From NCBI GenBank assembly GCA_963514005.1, contig OY740808.1:31186001-31250000 (forward strand): a DNA stretch of 64,000 bases, read 5' to 3'. The DNA comes from Raja brachyura. Lineage: Eukaryota. Both the position numbers and the translations under genes were made by a program. The notes below the pieces were generated by a model. It did no database searches. It was not told where the DNA came from and worked only from the letters and a program-made list of their open reading frames with translations. Shown piece after piece: positions 55,706-64,000 of the stretch (its first letter is position 1; each line of letters opens with the position of its first letter).

Positions 55706-57734
55706 GTTTTGCAAAACGAAAATCTCGTTTTATTTTCTGCAAAATAATCTAATGTTTGATATTCTCCAGATCATCGGGGGGGAAATTTGAATATTTCCGA
55801 ATAGGAAGGACAGGCTTCTTCCCGACAGTAGACAAAAATAATGGGAAGGTGTGTTCAGAAAACGACAGAGGATGGGAGCGAGAAAGACCGTCCTCTCTAC
55901 CCCCCCCCCCCCCCCCCCCCCCAAAACCTCCTCGCCAGCCCCGCCAATACTAGCTGCATCATCTAAAGGGGATGCCTTCATTTTTATGGTTTCCTATGTT
56001 AAGGTGAGCAAGAATGTAGTTTCCCCCTTTCAATTTCCGCCATCTGCATCACAGAAACTCTGCTGCAGCCATTAGCGACCTTTAATTTATTGCACAACTC
56101 CCTCCAGATTTAAAACACGACCAGCGTGTTAGTTTAAACTTGCAGAAGTTCCGCGCGGCCGCACTGATGTACGCATGGATGACGTGTACACAACGATATC
56201 GATGTCCCGATTGTGGTGGTCGGTAAACAGCAGAAATGAACATTTAATTCTGATTTCCAAGTGGAGTTTCTCAACAAGTAAAGGACACAAAATATTAAAT
56301 ATATTATTACACTTGCCAATGGGAATGGGACGTGAAATAGGTCTAAGTTTGTTTTGTTAGCAAACTTTCAAACAAATTCAGGGGAATTTAAACTCTTCCT
56401 TTGCTAATTCCTCGCTTATTTTTTCATATACTCTTACTGTTCATTTTACACCAATCTAATTATTGCCATCACTTTTTCAAGGTTGAATCTGTGCCTTGGA
56501 CCTTTTGCCTGTACATTCGGTCGCCATAATTTCGAACCACGGGGTTTGTGTGAACTTGGCTTCTTGTTTTTATTTTTTGTTCCCATTGGCCTTTCTCAGC
56601 GCAAATAATACTTTACTTCAATCGCCGCCTCCTGCGCTTTCCTAGCATTGCGCCCGATCTCATTTTTTTTAAATAGAAATAGTTCTCACTTGCAAAACAG
56701 ATCTTAAAAAATTAACAGTATAATTACCACACCCTTAAGCTCACCTAACAGTCTAATAGACGCAATAAACAAAACGTAGCCTGAGACTAACCAGCCAGTT
56801 AGCCTCTACCAGCGCTTATAGAATCACGCGAGACACGGTTAATTATTCATATAACCTGCACATTTTGTCGATAATTAGGAGCGAAGAACAACACAAGAGA
56901 ACGATTTGAACTGCAGAGGGGAACGAAGGCAGCATCTAACATTGAGACTATTTACGGGTAGATCTGACTCGAAAGTTCATAGCCACACATTCATGGAATT
57001 ATATCTGGATAGATTATTGTCCTAAATTCGACGAATTTGCCTAATGGTTACTTCGAAGTGCCAATTTGGTTTCGTTTTAGTTTCGTGATACAATGCCAAG
57101 GTTTAAGCATTTTAAAGTCATCATTAATTTCATTCCGTTTCTGTGTTGTTCGTAATGGAGACATCTTACATGGAAGCCAGACCTTTTATATTTTGTGGTT
57201 GAATACCGTAAACCAAGAGTTGTGTAGGAAGGACTGCCGCTGGCGGTGCTGGAGTATCTCGGCGGGATAGGCAGCATCTCTGGAGAGAAGGAATGGGTGA
57301 CGTTTCGCGTCGAGACCTTTCTTCAGACTGGAGTTACTAAATTAAAGTATTGAGAGATTATGTATCTCCAGCGGTTCAATCACAGGCATTGGCCGATTGG
57401 TTAGTGAGGATGTACCTCGTTATCTCATGCAGCACAGCACTTACAGTCGAAACAAGGCATCATTAAAAGCCAACATTTTAAAACCCAGTTATGATTTATT
57501 TGAAAACAAATGCCCATCGCAATGAGCAACCCGTCTTTAAAAGTCTTTACTTTGGTGGATTTAAGTATCTAGAATTTGAAACTCCTCGTTTTTTTTGGAG
57601 GTGCCTGCATTGTTTTGCGGAGCGCACCCATGCTGAAATGGCCACACTCGACCCGAAACGTCACCAATGCCATCTCTACAGAGATGCTGCCTGTCCCGCT
57701 GAGTTGCTCCAGCATTTTGTGTCCATCTCTGACA

Positions 57735-59620
57735 TGTGCCTTGATCGCACCCTCCATCACATGAGATAGACTATCGATTGACGTCTATTATAAACCCACT
57801 GACTCAACAGGGACCCAAGCAGTCCTTCCAGGTCCGACAGAGGTTCACCTGCACCTCCTCCAACCTCATCTACTGCATGGTTGCTCCAGATGCCAGCTGA
57901 TCTATATAGGTGAGACCAAGCGGAGGCTTGGCGATCGTTTCGCCGAACACCTCCGCTCGGTCCGCAATAACCAACCCGACCTCCCGGTGGCTCAGTACTT
58001 CAACTCCCCCTCCCATTCCGTATCCGACCTCTCGGTCCTGGGCCTCCTCCACGGCCAGAGTGAGCAAAACCGCAAGTTGGAGGAACAGCACCTCATATTC
58101 CGCTTGGGGAGTCTGCATCCTCTGGGCTTAAACATTGAATTTTCTCAATTCTGTTAACCCTTGCTGCCTCCTCCCATTCCCACCTCTCCCTCAGCCCTCG
58201 GGCCCTGGCATTCCCTCTCTCTCTATCCCTCCCCCACCCAAGTCGCACTAGCTTCTCATTTTCACACTACAAACAGCTTACAATAGCCTGTTTTCTTTAT
58301 CATCGATACTTTTTTGCATATCTTTCATTCATTGTTCTTTATCTCTCCACATCATCGTCTATATCTCTCGTTTCCCTGATCCCTAACCAGTCTGAAGAAG
58401 GGTCTCGACCCAAAATGTCGCCTATCTCCTTCGCTCCTTAGATGCTGCTGCACCCGCTGAGTTTCTCCAGCCTTTTGTGTACCCACTGACTCAACAGCTT
58501 CCTATCTACACTATAATTCTTCCTACCCTGCCTCCTGCAAAGACTCAATCCTCTACTCCCAATTTGTCCATCTACAATCCTCTACTCCCAATTTGTCCAT
58601 CTGTGCCCAAGACAAGGTGTTCCATACCAGGACATCTGAGGTATCCTCATTCTTTAGGTAACTGGGTTTCCAGCTTCCATCACATGTGTCTCCTCGGTAA
58701 CCCACAGCTCCACCCTTGCTCCCCCTCCTCCCAGTCATCATCCTCCCTTCAACCTCACCTTTCACCCCATCAGCCGTCACATAGAGCACATAATCCTCCA
58801 ACATTTTAGTCACATCTAATGGGATCCCACTACTAGCCACCCCTTTCTGATTTATGCAGAGACCATTCCATCCGCAATTCACTGATTAACTCGTCCCTCC
58901 CCACCCAAACCACTCCCTCCCCAGGTATCTTCCCCTGCAACACGTCCCTGTCCCACCTCCCTCGACTCTGTCTAAGGACCCCAACAGTCCCTTCAGGTGA
59001 GGTAGACGTTCATCTGCACCTCCGCCAACCTCATCTACTGCATCCGTTGTTCTAGAAGCAGACTCGTGTACATCAACAAGATCATGCACAGTCTCGCTGA
59101 GCACTTTTGCACAGTCCACCCGGGCCTCAGTTGCTAAACACTTCAAATCCCCTTCTATTCCCACACTGACTTTTCTGTCCTGGGCCTCCTCCATTGTCAG
59201 AGTGAGGTCAAATGAAATTTGGAGGAACAGCACCTCATATTTCACTTGAGCAGCTTACAACCCTGCAGTATGAAAATTGATTTAACTGATTTCAAGTAAC
59301 CTTTGCTTTCCCTCTTTCTCCATCCCTACCCCGCCCTAGTTCTCTGGACTAGTTTCACTGTCCTCCTGATTAATTTTACTGATTGTATTCCTCAATGTCG
59401 CATTCCCATCATCCAACAATGAACCATTCCACATTTCTTGGTCATCGTCTGCGTTGATCTGTCCTTTTCACACTTTACATCTTCTTTGTACTCTTCCATT
59501 TCTCTTGTTTTCTTCTCCCCGACTCTCAGACGAAGAAGGGTCTCGACCCAAAACGTCCCATTCCTTCTCTCCAGAGATGCTGCCTATCCTGCTGAATTAC
59601 TCAAGCATTTTGTGTCTATG
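57735..59620 (+). mobile_element. Older degenerate Penelope-like element (RT C-terminus, GIY-YIG, terminal repeat) hosting the 57811-58480 insertion
   Basis: DRLSIDVYYKPTDS before the insert resumes as YLHYNSSYPASCKDSILYSQF after it; second GIY-YIG remnant FICTSANLIYCIRCSR near 59010; degenerate hammerhead end near 59525. Confidence 0.85.
57811..58480 (+). mobile_element. 5'-truncated Penelope-like element: GIY-YIG endonuclease remnant, 3'UTR and hammerhead-bearing end
   Basis: Translates (one frameshift) GPKQSFQVRQRFTCTSSNLIYC/CSRCQLIYIGETKRRLGDRFAEHLRSV...HSVSDLSVLGL...RKLEEQHLIFRLGSLHPLGLN; flanked by 17-bp repeat ACCCACTGACTCAACAG. Confidence 0.9.
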
Positions 59621-61849
59621 CATATCCTATATCCATGTACCTGTCCAAATGTTTTTTAAAGGCTGTGATAGAACCTGACTCAATTACCAGCAGCTCATTC
59701 CATATACCTACTACACTTTATGCAAAAAAATTGCCACTCAGGTTACTATTAAACCTTACCCCCCCCCCCCCCCCCCCATTACCATAAACCTATATCCTCT
59801 TGTTCCTGACTAGCCAACTCTGGGTTAAAGAGTTTGTGCATTTACCCAATCTATTACTCTCATGATCTTATGCACCTCCATAAGATCATCTCTCATCCTC
59901 CTGCGCTTCAAGGAAATGTCCATTCTTGCTCAACCTATCCCAGAGGTGTGGCTCTCAAGTCCTGGCAACATCCTAAAAAATCTTCTCTACACTCTTTCCA
60001 GCTTAACAACTTCTTTCTTATAATGGGGTGACCAAAACTGAACACAATACTCTAAATGTGGCTTCACCAATGTTTTGTACAACTGTAATATGATGTCCCA
60101 ACTTCTATGCTCAATACACTGACTGATGAAGGCCAATGTGCACAAAGCTCAGTGTGCCGATGATTTTTCTTTTAGCAGTTTCATCAAAATCTTTTCCATG
60201 TTACTTCAATAAATCTACTCATAAATTTGCAATGAATTCCTATCTTCCATAAATTCAAGCATTTAGAGCCCCAGTTAAACACAATAATTAGCATAGGAAT
60301 GCGATAGTATTATTGAAGTTTTTATGTTTTTACTATTTTCAATTTTAGAAAAATAACTATGTTAACAGTGTATTTCTATCCGCATTAAATTTTAATATTT
60401 ATAATGTGACTTTGCACCCAATTCAAACAGCAACCAAAACGTTCCAATAATAAGTGTTTTTTGATGAAGCTAAACCCTTGAATATTCGCAGGTACATGTG
60501 TCGAATTAAATATCACAGTCATGGAACCAAGCAAAACTGTATCACAAAAAAGGCAGAAACTTTCTCTGATACATACCTGGCAAACAACGTATGGCCATCT
60601 CTTGCCAAAACTGAGCACACTGAGCTCATTCATGTCATACACTCCTCTGCCAAAGGAACCAACAGCACAGGATCAACTTGGAAAAGAAAATCAATCCCAG
60701 TTTTCTCATTATTACCAACCACATCCTCAAATTATTTCCCCCGGACCCTTCCACCCACAGAATTAAGAGCAAGTGTAAGTGGTTCATTGTTTTATTCACG
60801 GTTGAGATTAACACAAGGTGTCCTGCTTGCTCTTTCACCCCAAGTTAAACCCTTGTATCTTAATTTACCCCTGTCTCTCATTCCCTTTCACTCTAATTTC
60901 TTACCCTCTCTTCTCCCTGGGCTTATATCATCCACGTGATTCACCTTCTAATCCAAGTTTCTATTCCCATTAAACACTACACCATCCAACTGCTATTCTT
61001 TTATTTTTTGGCTCAATCACTCCATTTCCATCATATTTACATTTAAAATATTTTTTCCTACTTCCTGACTTTCCCCCTCACTATTAAATTAATGCTAAAT
61101 CTCCTGCTTCAAAATGTTCTCATCTTCCCAGTCTTTCTTTATGATAATTTCAGTCTTCCTTCTGGCTTGACATTGTACGAATGCATGGCTTCCATCTGTC
61201 CCAATATCCCTCTCTCCTCAAATTGCATATTGTAGTTTCTTTAACCCAGGTTTCTGCTCCACTCACAACCCCAAGAAAAGCCATAAACATGGTCTGTAGC
61301 CAAAACTATTATCTATTTTGCCTCGTCATCTCTTTGAGACAGATGAGTAGAATAGAGTTGTGCCCACATATTTGTGCTCTGCTTCTAAAATCTAGTTCAA
61401 TTGAAATTAATGTGCAAACCAATATTGTACATGGAGAGGTAGCAGTGGCAGATGAAGAATTGCTACACGCTCTGTATGAACTCAGTTTGGGATTTTTGTT
61501 CCTGAATATGGACAGGTTGAACTACAGAGGTATATCAAAAACATGATGACTCCTTGGAAGAAATGGAACATGTTCAGAATGGAAGGTGTTTGGAGACTTT
61601 GGTTAATCTGCAATTTTATGACAATGTAATAATAACATAATTCTGTGATCTAGTTTCAATATGTTTCCAGAGTTGTATGGTATACTATATTGAAAATATC
61701 TTGAAAAAATACAAAATGCTGGAGCAACTCAGTGGGTCAGGCCGCAAACAGCCTGAACATGGACAGGTGACGTTTCGGGTTGGGACCTTTCTTCAGACTG
61801 TAGTATACCTTCACTGCCATGCCATATTTCACACATTATGGCTTCAGGT

Positions 61850-62140
61850 ATTTGGCCTATGGCCTATCGAGTCCAAACTGATTGTCAAGCACACATTCAC
61901 ACTAGATCAATGTAATCCTACTTCCACATTCAATCCCCACACTTTAGTGACAATTTTACAGAGGTCAATTAACCTACAAACCTGCATGTCAATTGGGATA
62001 TGGGTACAAACCGGAGCACCTGGAGGAAGTCTACGCGATCACAGAGAAAAGATGCAAACTCCAAAGACAGCACCTGAGATCAGGATTGAACCCATGCCTC
62101 TGCCGCTGTGAGGCAGCAGTTCTACCAGCTGCGCCACTGC
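61850..62140 (-). mobile_element. tRNA-derived SINE (same family)
   Basis: A-box TGGCGCAGCTGG and B-box GGTTCAATCC on the minus strand. Confidence 0.8.
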
Positions 62141-63534
62141 AGTGCCTCTTACCAGTAGGAATGATGACACACTCCAAACACCTGCCATCACTATTCTGTA
62201 ACATTTATCACGAGGTTGCAACTTTTACACATGGAAATCCTTAAATGTCTGTTAATGATGCGGTACCTGTTCGCAGTCTGCTCTGTTACAGCCTCCTCCT
62301 TCTCAGATGAGTTAAAAATGATGCAAATTTAACTTTTCAAACATAGTAGCCTGATTTCAAAATATCCTAAAAATCATATGATTAACTACAAGCAGTTAAA
62401 GTGAGTTTTAACTTTATCTGCAACAATCTATTAAAAAATAATAATTTCCAACAATCTGTCTATCGAAACCTCCCCCCCCCAATTACAAATGCTTCCTGGT
62501 TTCCAGTCTGTGAGAATCCTTTAATAGATTAGCTGCTGTGCTCGTTGAATGACACCCTAGCTGCAGGCTGCCAGAGATGCTCTCATGGTAATGCCTGACA
62601 CGAGCAGATGTCAGAAAAGAGGCAATCTTCCACAGAGCCAGCTAGATCATTGTGGCAGTAGTTTTGCCTCATTGAGTGGAAATGACAGCAATTGTACATT
62701 TCGAGCTGTTGACTGAAATAAAGGTTATTCTTCTTACGGCAAAGAATCCTAAAAAAGAAGCAAAAAATCAAACGCTGGAGGAACTCAACAGGCCAGGCGG
62801 CTTCTATGATGGAGGTGCCTTGTGGCTCCAAGGCTAGGACTTGATTTGATTGAAGTGTATAAAATCATGAAGATTCCAGTTAGTAAATAAAGAGAAACAA
62901 TGCCCAGTGGCTGAACGATTGATAATCAGAGGGGAAACATTGAGATGGTGTAAAAAAATGAAAACAGCCCCTTGTTATAAAGTTAAATCAATATTTTGAA
63001 ATAGGAAAATACTGACAGGAGGTCTGAAGAAGGCTCCTGACCTAACACTTCACCTTTCCATGTTCTCCAGAGATGTTGCCTGATGAGTTGAGTTACTCCA
63101 GCACTTTGTGCCTTTGTTTGTAAACCAGCATCTGCAGTTCCTTGTTTCTACAGGAGAATGGATACATAGTTTGGGACAATCTTCAGTATGGAACTGAGTA
63201 AATAGGTGATGAAGGAAAAATTTAAGGACATTAGTATCAAACAGCACTGACTTGATAACCTGCTCACTGATTCTCCATCAGGTTATGCTATTTGCATTGA
63301 GCCTCAGATTTAGGGCTAAATCTCCCAAAATGACAGCCTTTTATCTCCAAGAATAATAAGTGCAGTTGGTACATAGTAATCCCAATATCTCAACATTCCC
63401 CTCCAGGATGCACGTTTACTTGACTTGGAAATATAATACTATTCTTCCATTGTCACTGTGTCTACCTTTTCCGAGTGCTTACCCAATGGTACTCTGGGTG
63501 TCCTCACAAGGACAGTTTGAAAAAGTGATAGCAA

Positions 63535-63886
63535 TAGAGATAGCGAAACAGCATGGAAACAGGTCGTATAGCCCACCGAGTGTGCCGACCAGTCTCGACC
63601 TGAAACGTGACCCATCTCTTCTCTCCAGAGATGCTGCTTGGCCCGTTGAGTTACTCCAGCAGTTTGTGACTGCCTCCAACCAACAATAACCCATACAGTT
63701 CTATCCAAAACACTAGGGACAATTAACAGAGGACAGCTAACGTACAAACTTCCACGTCTTTAGAGTGTGGAAACTGGAACACCCGGAGGAATCCCACGTG
63801 GTCACTCCATACAGACAGTGCCCATAGTCAGGATCGAACTAAAGGTCCCTGGCACTCTAACGCAGCAACTCTGTGCCACTGTGCTG
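63535..63886 (-). mobile_element. tRNA-derived SINE interrupted by a PLE-derived short element (about 63591-63670)
   Basis: SINE tail and head separated by …CTCGACCTGAAACGTGACC…GAGATGCTGC…. Confidence 0.75.
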
Positions 63887-64000
63887 CTCAAAGTTGCTTG
63901 GCTAGTTCTTCACAAAGCCAATAACAATAATTAAAGTAATTAAAAATCAACTTTGCCACCAATGCCCACATCCAAAAATTGGGGAGGGATAGGGAAATGG

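Noticed and set aside
60454-60939. 161-aa ORF
   Set aside because: Non-ATG start, no recognisable motif, low-complexity C-terminus, no supporting exon structure

Overview
Vertebrate genomic DNA, most likely from a cartilaginous fish (skate/ray-like, inferred from the repeat families and TBX5 divergence). It contains one complete protein-coding gene, TBX5, on the minus strand. The eight coding exons run from 24002 to 10633 (1566 nt, 521 aa), with phases matching human TBX5, one GC-AG intron and a tandem NAGNAG acceptor before the last exon. The gene sits in a CpG-retaining, repeat-poor domain of roughly 13.5-37.4 kb. The rest is intergenic and rich in CR1-type LINE pieces, tRNA-derived V-SINE-like copies, Rex1/Babar ends, and a solo LTR carrying a nested TIR DNA element. 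The most striking signal is a ~100-135 nt element present in roughly 25-30 copies. It carries a minimal, dimer-type hammerhead ribozyme motif (CTGAAGA-A-GGGTCTCGACCC-GAAACGTC) and derives from the 3' end of a Penelope-like element whose GIY-YIG and RT remnants lie at 57.7-59.6 kb. Many copies are inserted as tails-out foldback pairs, and several insertions have 13-17 bp target-site duplications. Nearly all other ORFs in the track are spurious or repeat-derived. Repeat boundaries and copy counts were read by eye and are approximate.
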